From an uncultured Spirochaetota bacterium (lineage in GTDB: Bacteria; Spirochaetota; Brevinematia; Brevinematales; JAOACQ01), in assembly GCA_963768055.1 (NCBI GenBank), contig CAVYGN010000001.1, positions 288,001 through 352,000 on the forward strand: DNA of 64,000 bases, written 5' to 3'. This document shows, in pieces, positions 1 to 10,213 of this stretch (positions within the stretch are counted from its first letter, which is position 1; the number at the start of each line of letters is the position of its first letter). The notes beneath the pieces are model-generated. The model was not told the origin of the DNA. It ran no database searches and worked only from the letters and a program-made list of their open reading frames with translations. The position numbers and the translations under genes are program-made.

Positions 1-5
1 AAAGC

Positions 6-2288
6 GTGCTAAAAGAAAGCGAGGAAAAATTCCGGCGCATCTTTGAAAATATACAGGAAGTGTACTTTGAAGTATCTTACGACGGTAAGGTCATCGAGAT
101 CAGCCCTTCCATAGAGATTTTAACGAAAGGGCAGTATCACCGCAATGATTTTATTGGAAACTTGCTGTACAAAGTATGGGCTGATGACGGTGACCGGCAG
201 GTATTTCGTTCGGCATTACTGGAGCGCGGAAGTGTTGTGGATTATCAAGTTACCCTGAAGAACCGCGACGGTTCATTGATTTTCTGCTCTGTGTCGGCTA
301 AGATGCGTTTTAAAACTCCCGGAAATCCGGAAACGATTATAGGCAGTATACGCGATATAACAAAACGCAAACAGGCAGAAGAAGAGATAAAGGCTTCCGA
401 ACTTCGATACCACCGTCTTTTCGAATCGGCTAAGGAATCGGAAGAAAAATTCAGGACTATTTTTGATAACGCAAGCGACGGGATTTTCCTTATCAATCTT
501 GATAACAATAAATTTATACTGTGCAATAATGCTTGCGCCGGAATGCTGGGCTATACGAAAGAGGAGTTTATCAATTTAAATATCGATGCTATTCATCCGG
601 CAGAGGAATTATCTTATATCAATGAACAAATCTGGAAATTCTTCCGGGGTGAAATGGGAATTCGCAGCGATATAAGTTTTAAGAGGAAAGACGGTAGTAT
701 TATTTTCGCCGACCTCAACCCCGCAATGATTACAATTTCCGGGGTAAGATGTTTAATTATTATATTCAGGGACATCACCGAACGCAAGCGCACTGAAAAA
801 AAACTAATCGAGTACCGGGATCATCTGGAAGAAATTGTAAAGAAGCGTACGGCCGAACTTACAATAAGGGGAAAAGAATTAAAACAAGCCAGTGAACAAG
901 CTGAGGCAGCAAATAAAGCAAAGACAACCTTTCTCTCCAGCATGTCCCATGAAATCCGTACCCCTCTGAATGCGATACTCGGCTTTTCACAATTGATGCT
1001 GAGAAATGAATCTTTGACAGACCAATATAAAGAATGGCTCCAGACCATCAATCGCTCGGGCGAGCACCTGTTGTACCTGATAAACGATATCCTGGAAATA
1101 TCGAGGATTGAAACCGGAAGAGCGTCGCTCAATCCGGACATTTTTAATTTAAGAGAATTACTGGATGACCTTGAAAAAATGTTCCATTCCCAGATAATTG
1201 AGAAAAATTTGTTATTGTTCATGGAAATCGCCCCTGATCTACCCCGATTTATCGAGCTGGACGGAAATAAACTGCGGCAGATATTTATCAATCTAGTAGG
1301 GAATGCAGTCAAATTTACCGATGAGGGGAAAATAACAGTCCGGGTGTTTACAAAAAAGATAAAGAACAAAAAAATGCGCCTTTTTGCAGAAGTGGAAGAT
1401 ACCGGTCCCGGCATACCACTGGAAGATATGGAAAAGATTTTTGAAAAATTCGAAAGGACAGCCATCAGCATCAGAAAAGGCGGTACCGGCCTCGGACTAT
1501 CCATCAGCCGGCAGTTCGTCCGCATGATGGGAGGGGATATTACTGTTACAAGCGGCAAAAGTAAGGGAAGTATTTTCCATCTTGAGCTGGACTGCAAGGA
1601 AAGAAAAGAAAACGTGTTGAAAGTAAAATCAGGGGAAAGGCCTATAACCGGTCTGAAGGAAAATCAGGCTACTTACAGGATATTGATCGCTGACGACGAG
1701 CCCGCGAACCGGATGCTTTTAAAGGAATTATTGAGCGAAACCGGATTCGAGGTCAATGAAGCATCCGACGGTATGGACGCGGTAAAGAAATTTAAAGAAA
1801 GAACGCCGGACCTCGTTTTCCTCGATATAAGAATGCCGGCGATGGACGGTTATGAAGCGATAAAAAAAATGAAATTCCTGCAAAAGAATATCCCTGTCAT
1901 CGCAGTTTCAGCTTCCGCTTTTGATGATAACAGAAAAAAAATGATGGACGCCGGTTTCGACGGGTATATAAGGAAACCGTATAAACTACAAGAAATTTAT
2001 TATGTCCTGGAATCAAAACTGGGAGTCGAGTACACTTATGAGAAAGTCTCCTCGAGCAGAGCGTATAAAGCCGGGATTATCACTGAGGAAGAACTGAAAA
2101 ACCTGCCGGAAAACCTTGCCGTTCGGATGCTTGGTGCGACGGAAAGGGTCGATCTGGACCAGCTGCTTGAATTGATAGATGAAGCCGGTAAAGAGTCTCC
2201 GGGGCTCTCCCCGAAACTCCGGGCAATGGCAAAAAGCTATAGGTATGATGAATTAAAAAAAATTCTGAAAAGCAGGGGAAAAATATGA
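6..2288 (+). CDS. Hybrid sensor histidine kinase (PAS-PAS-HisKA-HATPase-REC), probably 5'-truncated by the window edge
   Basis: H-box FLSSMSHEIRTPLN, N-box NLVGNAVKF, G1 DTGPGI, G2 GTGLGL, receiver ILIADD...DIRMP; PAS ends DITKRK and DITERK. Confidence 0.93.
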   Translation: MLKESEEKFRRIFENIQEVYFEVSYDGKVIEISPSIEILTKGQYHRNDFIGNLLYKVWADDGDRQVFRSALLERGSVVDYQVTLKNRDGSLIFCSVSAKMRFKTPGNPETIIGSIRDITKRKQAEEEIKASELRYHRLFESAKESEEKFRTIFDNASDGIFLINLDNNKFILCNNACAGMLGYTKEEFINLNIDAIHPAEELSYINEQIWKFFRGEMGIRSDISFKRKDGSIIFADLNPAMITISGVRCLIIIFRDITERKRTEKKLIEYRDHLEEIVKKRTAELTIRGKELKQASEQAEAANKAKTTFLSSMSHEIRTPLNAILGFSQLMLRNESLTDQYKEWLQTINRSGEHLLYLINDILEISRIETGRASLNPDIFNLRELLDDLEKMFHSQIIEKNLLLFMEIAPDLPRFIELDGNKLRQIFINLVGNAVKFTDEGKITVRVFTKKIKNKKMRLFAEVEDTGPGIPLEDMEKIFEKFERTAISIRKGGTGLGLSISRQFVRMMGGDITVTSGKSKGSIFHLELDCKERKENVLKVKSGERPITGLKENQATYRILIADDEPANRMLLKELLSETGFEVNEASDGMDAVKKFKERTPDLVFLDIRMPAMDGYEAIKKMKFLQKNIPVIAVSASAFDDNRKKMMDAGFDGYIRKPYKLQEIYYVLESKLGVEYTYEKVSSSRAYKAGIITEEELKNLPENLAVRMLGATERVDLDQLLELIDEAGKESPGLSPKLRAMAKSYRYDELKKILKSRGKI

Positions 2289-3379
2289 GTTCGGATATTT
2301 TAAGGAATAAAACACCTGATATTATGATTGTGGACGACGAACCGGCGAACCTGCAGATCCTGGCTGAAATCCTGAAGATGAAAGGATATAAAGTCCGCCC
2401 GGCGGCTAGCGGAAAACCGGCGCTCCAGGGCGCAGGATTAGAACCGCCGGACCTTATCCTTCTGGATATTAATATGCCGGACATGAGCGGCTACGATATG
2501 TGCACATTGCTTAAAAAGGATGCAAAATTATGCGAAATTCCCGTGATATTCATCAGCGGAATGAGCGAAACCATAGATAAGGTTAAAGCCTTTGCTGCCG
2601 GCGGAGTCGACTATGTGACAAAGCCTTTTCATTACGAGGAAGTCCAGGCCAGGGTGGAAACACACCTGAAGCTCCACTTCCTGCAGATGGAACTGGAAAA
2701 ACACAATAAAAAACTTGAAGAGCTCGTACTGTCTCAGGTAAAAGAGATCTCGGAATCGCAAATGGCGACCATTTTCGCCCTTGCTAAACTGGCCGAGTCG
2801 CGCGACGACGACACGGGCAAACATCAGGAGCGCGTACAGGCTCTCTGCGGGATACTTTGCGGTCAGATGTCGGAAAAAAAGGAATTCAAAATATGGATTG
2901 ACGAATCCTTTATCAAGGATATGATACATGCCAGCCCTCTCCATGATATAGGAAAGGTGGCCATTCCCGATAGCATCCTGCTTAAACCCGGCAGGCACAC
3001 CCAGGAAGAGTTTAAAATCATGAAAACCCATGCGACATTGGGAGCTGAGACGCTCAGACAGGTCCGGATGAAATACCCCCATAACTCATTCATCAATATG
3101 GGTGTTGAAATAGCGCATTTTCACCATGAGCGGTGGGATGGAAAGGGCTATCCCGAAGGGCTATCCGGGGAAAAAATTCCGCTCTGCGCCAGAATCATGG
3201 CTGTTGTGGATGTTTACGACGCACTCCGGTCCAGGCGCTGTTATAAAGAACCTGTTTATCATGAAGAAAGCTGCGGCATCATAGTGAAAGAAAGCGGAAT
3301 GCAGTTTGATCCCGGGATTGTAGAAGCGTTCAGTGAAATAAATGATCGTTTCGATAAAATTTCCGGCGATCTAATATAA
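2285..3379 (+). CDS. Response regulator with HD-GYP c-di-GMP phosphodiesterase domain (RpfG family)
   Basis: N-terminal REC (IVDDEP...DINMP); HDIGK and HHERWDGKGYP motifs; overlaps the upstream stop by 4 nt. Confidence 0.93.
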   Translation: MSSDILRNKTPDIMIVDDEPANLQILAEILKMKGYKVRPAASGKPALQGAGLEPPDLILLDINMPDMSGYDMCTLLKKDAKLCEIPVIFISGMSETIDKVKAFAAGGVDYVTKPFHYEEVQARVETHLKLHFLQMELEKHNKKLEELVLSQVKEISESQMATIFALAKLAESRDDDTGKHQERVQALCGILCGQMSEKKEFKIWIDESFIKDMIHASPLHDIGKVAIPDSILLKPGRHTQEEFKIMKTHATLGAETLRQVRMKYPHNSFINMGVEIAHFHHERWDGKGYPEGLSGEKIPLCARIMAVVDVYDALRSRRCYKEPVYHEESCGIIVKESGMQFDPGIVEAFSEINDRFDKISGDLI

Positions 3380-3390
3380 AGGTTGGAATT

Positions 3391-4923
3391 ATGAATGATG
3401 AAAATAATAGATCAAAACAGCCTTCCGTGATGATTGTCGACGATACGCCGGACAACCTGAACCTGCTATCTGCCATTCTTAAGGAATGCGGGTATCATGC
3501 CCGCCCTGCGCCCGGTGGAAAGCTGGCCCTGGCGGCCATAAATTCGGACCTTCCCGACCTGATCCTTCTGGACATAGTGATGCCAGATATGGACGGATTC
3601 GAGGTCTGCCGTGTCCTTAAAAGCAACAGGAAAACAAAAGATATCCCCATAATATTTCTTACAGCCCTGGACCGCCGGGAGGATGAAGAAAAGGGTTTGA
3701 AATTAGGCGCGGTGGATTATATCACAAAGCCGTTCAATAGCGAGGTAGTAAAGGCCCGCGTCAATACGCACCTCCAGCTGAAGTACCATCAGGAAAGGCT
3801 TGAACATATTGTAAGTGAGCGCACTGCAGAACTGATAAAGACCAATAAAGACCTCCTTTTAGAAATAGACGAAAGGAGGCGTACGGAAGAGGAATTAAAA
3901 TTCAGGAATGTAATTTTAACGACACAGGAGGAAGCTTCGATCGACGGCATCCTTATCGTTGACGGAAATGGAAAAATGATATCAATGAACTCACGTTTTA
4001 TAAAGATGTGGGGCATTCCGCCTGAAGTTGTGGCATCGAAATCCGATGAAAAAGCCCTTAATTCGATTATAACCAAGCTAGCCGACCAGGAGCAATTTCT
4101 GAATAAAGTACGTTTTCTGTATGAGCATCATAACGAGACAAGCCGGGATATAATAATCCTTAACGACGGCTCATATTTTGACCGTTATTCGGCCCCGATG
4201 GTCGGCCTTAACGGGACTTATTACGGACGAGTCTGGTATTTCCGCGATATCACGGAGCATATTAAGGATGAAAAAATCAGCAAGGATTCTTTAATGGAAA
4301 AGGAAGCTCTGATCAAGGAACTCTACCACCGGACTTACAACAATATGCAGGTCATAAGTTCTATGCTGAATGCCCAGGCTTATTATTTTAAAGATGAAAA
4401 AGTAATAACCGTGTTCCATGAAATGTCGGACAGGATCAACTCTATGGCTAAGGTTCATCAGAAACTCTATCAATCGAAGGACCTGTCAAGCATAAACCTC
4501 AGGGAATATATCATTGAAATATCCGGCCTTCTGGTGCAGAGCTATTCCGGACAGGAAAATAAGATCGGCGTCAGCATGGATCTTGATGATGAGAAAGTAC
4601 TTATGGACACAGCCGTCCCTTGCGGCCTTATCATAAATGAACTGATGACGAACGCCCTAAAATACGCTTTTCCGGCCGGCAGGAAGGGCATGATAAAAAT
4701 CTCGCTCCATAGGATGGATAATGAAAATCTGGAATTGCGGGTATCCGATAATGGAATCGGAGTCAATAGGGATTTTGACGCTAAAACAAACCGGGGAATG
4801 GGCCTGAATATTATTTATGATATAGCCGAAAAACAGCTTGCCGGAAAAGTGAGCTTTGAATCTGGCGATGGATTGACCGCTGTAATCCGGTTCAATGACA
4901 AACTATATCATAAAAGAATTTAA
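3391..4923 (+). CDS. REC-PAS-HisKA_2 sensor histidine kinase
   Basis: REC (IVDDTP...DIVMP), PAS, H-box ELYHRTYNNMQ, NELMTNALKYAF, DNGIG, GMGL. Confidence 0.9.
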   Translation: MNDENNRSKQPSVMIVDDTPDNLNLLSAILKECGYHARPAPGGKLALAAINSDLPDLILLDIVMPDMDGFEVCRVLKSNRKTKDIPIIFLTALDRREDEEKGLKLGAVDYITKPFNSEVVKARVNTHLQLKYHQERLEHIVSERTAELIKTNKDLLLEIDERRRTEEELKFRNVILTTQEEASIDGILIVDGNGKMISMNSRFIKMWGIPPEVVASKSDEKALNSIITKLADQEQFLNKVRFLYEHHNETSRDIIILNDGSYFDRYSAPMVGLNGTYYGRVWYFRDITEHIKDEKISKDSLMEKEALIKELYHRTYNNMQVISSMLNAQAYYFKDEKVITVFHEMSDRINSMAKVHQKLYQSKDLSSINLREYIIEISGLLVQSYSGQENKIGVSMDLDDEKVLMDTAVPCGLIINELMTNALKYAFPAGRKGMIKISLHRMDNENLELRVSDNGIGVNRDFDAKTNRGMGLNIIYDIAEKQLAGKVSFESGDGLTAVIRFNDKLYHKRI

Positions 4924-4945
4924 AAAATGTTTATGGAGACTGCGA

Positions 4946-6310
4946 ATGAACAATTTTTTTGATTTTCTGAGTAATCCAGACTCTCAGTTCGTATTTATCT
5001 TACTGCTTTTTATAATAGGAGCCGCGATTGTTTTCTTTATCATTCTAAAGATGATCAATAAAAATCTATCGATTTCTGTAATTGAAAAAGCGGTCAATGA
5101 AAAAAACTATAAGCAGGCTCTCGAATCGGCTTTCAAATATTTAAAGTCAAAATCATCCAACTATTTTATTTATTATTACATGGGCAAGGCATACGAGGGC
5201 CTTTTTCAATACCATATGGCGATCGAATCCTATGAGAAGTCGCTGGTTCAGGTTGGTAAAACATCCGCGCAGAGTAGAGGTGTTGAAATACAATTGAAAC
5301 TGGCTAATCTATTCCGCATTATTAAAAAATTCGATTCGGCCTTCGGATATTATAAAATGGTTCTGACAAAACAATCTAATAATAAGGACGCCCTCTGGAA
5401 TATAGCCGGGCTTTATTTTGAACAGAAGAAATATGTCCCGGCCAAGCAGTGCCTGGAAAAAATCACAGTCCTTCAGCCTAAATTCGGCAAGGCAAAGTTA
5501 TTACTTGCAAAAATTTATTTCCAGCTTGGCGAATATCAGAAATCTATTGTTGAGCTTAAGAAATTCTTTGCAGTGAATGATGAGGTATCCCTGACTGTTG
5601 GCAGTGAAACCTCCCTTCTGCTGGCAGATAATTATATCGCTTCAAAGCGGTACGGTGATGCTATCAAAACATTAAAGCCGCTATTGAATGATAAAAATGC
5701 TTCAGGGACTATATTATTAAAAGTAGTAACATGCCTTATCAAAGACAATAAATCCGAAGAGGCGATAGCGCTGACTGAGGACTACCTGCTCCGTATACCG
5801 GTCCTGGAAAGATGCGGAATCCTTTATACGATCGGATCAGCATACAAAGATATCGGGGAAATTTATAAAGCGATTTTAGTCTGGAAGGCTGCTTACAGCC
5901 TTAACCCGAATTATCTTGATCTGAACAATATATTTTCACGCTATAGTAAATTGGTAAACAATCCATGGCTTGAAAGCTATTTTACTTCAAACGACTTTAC
6001 TTTTGAGAAATACGTTCGCAGGAAACTTGAAATTTTCATGCAGGATAATCTGATAGAAAAACAGCAAATATTCTGGATTTTTAAAAATGGGAATAACTGC
6101 TCAGTACTATACAGGCCGCCGGAAATCATAAGCCTGCTCTCGCTGGAGAGGATTGAGGACTTCTTCAACAGTACCGGTTATTCCAATATCTCCATCGATC
6201 TTTACACCCTTTTCGGGGTGGAAGTTGACGGAAAGACAAAGAGCCTTTTTTATAAAAAAATCAAGGAAATTTCCGAGGATGGTTTTCTGCATGTTTTTAA
6301 TAAAGATTAG
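4946..6310 (+). CDS. Membrane-anchored tetratricopeptide repeat protein
   Basis: N-terminal TM helix, repeated TPR-like helices (YYYMGKAYE..., ALWNIAGLYF...); start moved to ATG 4946, which follows a GGAG RBS. Confidence 0.8.
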   Translation: MNNFFDFLSNPDSQFVFILLLFIIGAAIVFFIILKMINKNLSISVIEKAVNEKNYKQALESAFKYLKSKSSNYFIYYYMGKAYEGLFQYHMAIESYEKSLVQVGKTSAQSRGVEIQLKLANLFRIIKKFDSAFGYYKMVLTKQSNNKDALWNIAGLYFEQKKYVPAKQCLEKITVLQPKFGKAKLLLAKIYFQLGEYQKSIVELKKFFAVNDEVSLTVGSETSLLLADNYIASKRYGDAIKTLKPLLNDKNASGTILLKVVTCLIKDNKSEEAIALTEDYLLRIPVLERCGILYTIGSAYKDIGEIYKAILVWKAAYSLNPNYLDLNNIFSRYSKLVNNPWLESYFTSNDFTFEKYVRRKLEIFMQDNLIEKQQIFWIFKNGNNCSVLYRPPEIISLLSLERIEDFFNSTGYSNISIDLYTLFGVEVDGKTKSLFYKKIKEISEDGFLHVFNKD

Positions 6311-6348
6311 ACTGTCAGTAAAAGAATGAAAAGGGGAGGAAATATTAT

Positions 6349-7038
6349 ATGCTGAAAAGGAAAATACTCATTGTGGAAGACGAGATCATGATAGCAAGAG
6401 AAATAGAACGACTGCTTGAAAACCTGGGTTACGAAACAGCTGAAATTGCCGGATCGGGAGAAGAAGTAATTGAAGAGGTTAAAAAAGGAGATGTCGATCT
6501 GATCCTTATGGATATAGTCATTAAGGGAGAGCAGGACGGCATACAGACAGCCCAGACTATACAGGAACAATTTGATATCCCGGTCATTTTTTTGACCGCA
6601 TATTTCGACGATAATACACGGGAACGGGCTAAACTAACGGAACCCTTCGGGTATATCATAAAACCTGTTCAGAAGAAGGAACTGCAGATAGCGATTGAAA
6701 TGGCATTTTATAAGCATCAGGCAAACGCTCTTATAAAAAAAGAAAAGGAATGGCTCCATACAATCATTGACAGCATCAAGGACGGCCTGATAGCAGTGGA
6801 TACCGACGACAAAATAAAGTTCATCAATATACAGGCCGCTTCACTCTGCGGATACAGCCCTGAAGAAGCGGCCGGAAAAGAACTGGGAGATATCCTGAAG
6901 ATGAAGATAAGCGACTCGAGCAATGAAGCATCGCTTATTCATAAAAACGGAGAAAAAAAAAGCATATCATATTTCCTTAAAGACACTTTTGATAAAAAAG
7001 GGGAGCGAATCGGCGCAGTAATATTTTTCAATGCTTAG
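6349..7038 (+). CDS. Response regulator receiver + PAS protein without an output domain
   Basis: ILIVEDE...LMDIVI...FLTAY...YIIKP, followed by a PAS start (IIDSIKDGLIAVD). Confidence 0.85.
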   Translation: MLKRKILIVEDEIMIAREIERLLENLGYETAEIAGSGEEVIEEVKKGDVDLILMDIVIKGEQDGIQTAQTIQEQFDIPVIFLTAYFDDNTRERAKLTEPFGYIIKPVQKKELQIAIEMAFYKHQANALIKKEKEWLHTIIDSIKDGLIAVDTDDKIKFINIQAASLCGYSPEEAAGKELGDILKMKISDSSNEASLIHKNGEKKSISYFLKDTFDKKGERIGAVIFFNA

Positions 7039-7114
7039 TACTACCCCGCCGGTAAAGTAATGAAGAGAGGCAGCCCAACCCCTTCAGGTCATATGTCCCT
7101 TCTTATTGATTGGG

Positions 7115-7609
7115 TCACCCAATATTAAAACAATATCCCGCCTCTGTATATTTTTTATTCCCAAGTATTATTTCTTTATATTTTTTTTCGATTCCGCCAT
7201 GTTTTTTATAAAAGTTATTAAATTTTGTCGTACTTAATGTCCATACGATTAATTTTTTTCGGTTATTCTTTTTAAAGTAAGAAACCATTTTATTAAATAA
7301 CTTTGAACCTATTCCTTTATTCTGGCAATCAGGATCGACATAAAATTCGATTATTTCCGAATCATATTCCGACAGCCTCAGTTTGCCGGAAATAAAACCT
7401 GCTATTTTATTATTTTGTTCATAAACGAATGCTTTAATTAAATTAAAATTGATTTCTTTAGTAAGATTTTTTGTATATTTATTTTCATTATATTTTAATT
7501 CCATCAAAATGTCAGGATAATTTTTACTGGTAAATACTTCTTTTTTCCAAACTTTAGTAATTATTGAAGTCATTGAATTAATATCGTCTGCAGCAGCTTC
7601 TCTGATCAT
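7115..7609 (-). CDS. GNAT family N-acetyltransferase
   Basis: MIREA start, FYVDPDCQNKGIGSKL acetyl-CoA motif, FYKKHGG. Confidence 0.88.
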   Translation of the reverse strand: MIREAAADDINSMTSIITKVWKKEVFTSKNYPDILMELKYNENKYTKNLTKEINFNLIKAFVYEQNNKIAGFISGKLRLSEYDSEIIEFYVDPDCQNKGIGSKLFNKMVSYFKKNNRKKLIVWTLSTTKFNNFYKKHGGIEKKYKEIILGNKKYTEAGYCFNIG

Positions 7610-7799
7610 ATTCTATTACTCCGGATTTACGGAACTAAACAGACACGCTAAATTTTAAAAACATTTAACATATATAATACTGATCCTTATTTCCCGGTAA
7701 GTCAAGATGAAAATTATTATATTTTTGTCATGATGTTCATTAAAGCTGACAAATCATTTGTTTATTATGAAACAAGTTTTTTAAAAATTTATGACTTAA

Positions 7800-7869
7800 G
7801 GGCGCCTCTAAAATACCCTGCGGGCACAAGCCCTTCGGATAGGAATCCACTAACGGGGACAGGGCGCCC
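7800..7869. repeat. GC-rich 70-bp element bounded by the inverted repeat GGGCGCC/GGCGCCC
   Basis: gggcgcc at 7800 and ggcgccc ending at 7869, internal hairpin gggc-acaa-gccc, inside an AT-rich intergenic region. Confidence 0.4.
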
Positions 7870-7908
7870 CATAGGCAAATTTATAGAATTAAGCAATAAA
7901 TTATTTAT

Positions 7909-9912
7909 TTAAGGTAAAATTCTTGAGTTATTAATACTGCCCTTAATACACTCTTTCGGCTCGCTGAAATAAAACCCCTGGGAATAATCAATACCCAGTT
8001 CCAGGCATTTTTCATACACTTCTTTGGAATGGACGAATTCCGCTATGGTCAAAATACCGAGTTCTTTCGCGGCGTTGACTATCATTTTCGCAATAATGTA
8101 ACTTTCTCGATCTTTATCGATGTTCTTTATTATGGAAGCGTCGATCTTGATATAATCGACTTTCAGTTTGATGATATATTCAAAATTCGAATAACCGGCG
8201 CCGAAATCATCTATGGCGAACTTGCACCCCAAAGCTTTAACTTCACTGATAAAATCGGTCATAACTTTAAAATTGAAAATGCCCTCCGATTCAGTTATCT
8301 CAAAGACCGTGCGGCGGGCAATGCCGGCATTTCGGTAGAGCATATGTTTAATGAGACGGTTCGTATCCTGGTTTAGGATATCTTTTACCGTAAGATTGAT
8401 CGAAAACTCGTCGGCGGTATCTTTAAAAATTCTGAAAGCCTTTTTGATTACGATGCTCGTTATCTGGCTATAAAGCCTGATTTTCTGAGCTATAACGAGA
8501 AAATTATACGGACCGATCACTTCCCCATCGGTATCAATCATTCTGACAAGGCATTCATAATTACTGACTTTTCCGTTTTTATTATTGACAATCGGCTGGT
8601 AGTAGACTGTAATACGGTCATCTTTTAATGCTTTCTTCAATTTGTCTGCCCACAGGATATTTTTCTCATATTCCTTATTGATCTCCATTGATTCCTCATA
8701 AACAAGGAAGGATTTTTTAATTTTTTTAGCCTCTTTGAGCACCATATCGGCGTTATTGATAATTTTGCTCTTCAGGGAATTAGCTGAAGAGTATTTATCC
8801 AGGCAGCTATAATCGGCAACACCGATCGTAACGCGGATATTGATTTCATGATTTTCAAATATAAAAACATTGTCATTAATCAGTTCAAACAGGTATTGAA
8901 CAATATAGTCAACCGATTTTCTGCTGGAATAGGTCGAGTCCAGCGGCAAATCCATTAATATGGCAAATTCATCCCCATGCATTTTATAGATATGATAATC
9001 ATAGCCGAAAGACAGCTTATTCAATCGGGCGGACATTTCCAGCAGGATATAATCCCCCGCTTCGTTCCCAAAAAAATCATTGATCTCTTTAAAAGAATCT
9101 ATATTGATCAGGAGTATCAGGGGATTTTTCATATTCTCAATATCCAAGATAAGTTTTTCACGGTTAGGCTGTCCGGTCAGTGAGTCGGTATAAAGCCTTC
9201 GGGAAAGCGACTCTTTTAAATCAACAAATTTATTGATCAGTGAGCCGTTCATGGATAAAATGAGTATCAGAAAAGCATATTCCATAGTATAAATGAAAAC
9301 ATATATTTTATTTGAAACCATGACATCGTTCATAATAAAGAAGAAAAAAACAACCAATGCGCCGATTATCGGCCTTGTATATTTGTTATAATCCGATTTA
9401 TTTGTTTTTATCAGGGCATAGAGAAATAGAAAATAACATAAAATCTGAAATGCATATTCGATAATATAAATTATGCCGGGAGTCGCTTCATAGTATGTGA
9501 ATTTGCGGTTAAATATTGAAAAATGCTTTATGGCCGTGTTGTTTATTGAAAATGTCAGGTCGTTCTGGACAAAAATGCCTAATAAGAATAAAACCAGGTT
9601 TATTATTATAAAACAAATAAGAAATGGTTTATATTTTTTTCCCAATAAATAATAAATAAACAAACCCAGGGCGATGCTGATGAAATTCGTAATGGAAAGC
9701 TGAAGCCTTTGCCAGATAATTCCCTGCTCAAGGGAATTTGAATTATAGAGACCGGAACAGAATATATCGTATATACAGACAGTTACTGACAAAAAAGCGA
9801 ACGCAAAATATTCCATTTCTTTCCGTTGCTTCAGGTAGAGGAAAAAATGGTATATTGCGGTATAGAAGCAGACCGCAGCCATTAAGAGAGGCGGTATAGA
9901 TAATATAGACAT
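7909..9912 (-). CDS. 7TM-GGDEF-EAL protein (probable c-di-GMP phosphodiesterase)
   Basis: About 7 N-terminal TM helices, DSLTGQPNR, degenerate HGDEF, ECLVR, EITESE, IDDFGAGYSNF, IKIDAS, QGFYF. Confidence 0.9.
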   Translation of the reverse strand: MSILSIPPLLMAAVCFYTAIYHFFLYLKQRKEMEYFAFAFLSVTVCIYDIFCSGLYNSNSLEQGIIWQRLQLSITNFISIALGLFIYYLLGKKYKPFLICFIIINLVLFLLGIFVQNDLTFSINNTAIKHFSIFNRKFTYYEATPGIIYIIEYAFQILCYFLFLYALIKTNKSDYNKYTRPIIGALVVFFFFIMNDVMVSNKIYVFIYTMEYAFLILILSMNGSLINKFVDLKESLSRRLYTDSLTGQPNREKLILDIENMKNPLILLINIDSFKEINDFFGNEAGDYILLEMSARLNKLSFGYDYHIYKMHGDEFAILMDLPLDSTYSSRKSVDYIVQYLFELINDNVFIFENHEINIRVTIGVADYSCLDKYSSANSLKSKIINNADMVLKEAKKIKKSFLVYEESMEINKEYEKNILWADKLKKALKDDRITVYYQPIVNNKNGKVSNYECLVRMIDTDGEVIGPYNFLVIAQKIRLYSQITSIVIKKAFRIFKDTADEFSINLTVKDILNQDTNRLIKHMLYRNAGIARRTVFEITESEGIFNFKVMTDFISEVKALGCKFAIDDFGAGYSNFEYIIKLKVDYIKIDASIIKNIDKDRESYIIAKMIVNAAKELGILTIAEFVHSKEVYEKCLELGIDYSQGFYFSEPKECIKGSINNSRILP

Positions 9913-10213
9913 ATACTCTATTATAAATAATATTTATAAAATATCAATACTTCAGTCAATTAATTGTTGTTGAAAAATAATTATTCATTGGCCTTTTTTG
10001 TGGTACCGTCTATCTTTTCAATTTTATCCGGTGCAGTATTATCCCCGAGGACTCCGGGATGGATGTTCAGAACTTATTTCACCCTTCATTACATGCACGT
10101 TTTTTTGAATAAAATCCATATCCATGCCATAATATGGACTGATAGGATTTATTAATCTTTCCTTTCCGAATTATTCCAATCAATATATTTTCTTATCAGC
10201 CGGGAGATTATGA

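Noticed and set aside
9980..10140. Minus-strand peptide YGMDMDFIQKNVHVMKGEISSE resembling a CheA/HATPase tail
   Set aside because: Too short and weak to distinguish from chance without a search.
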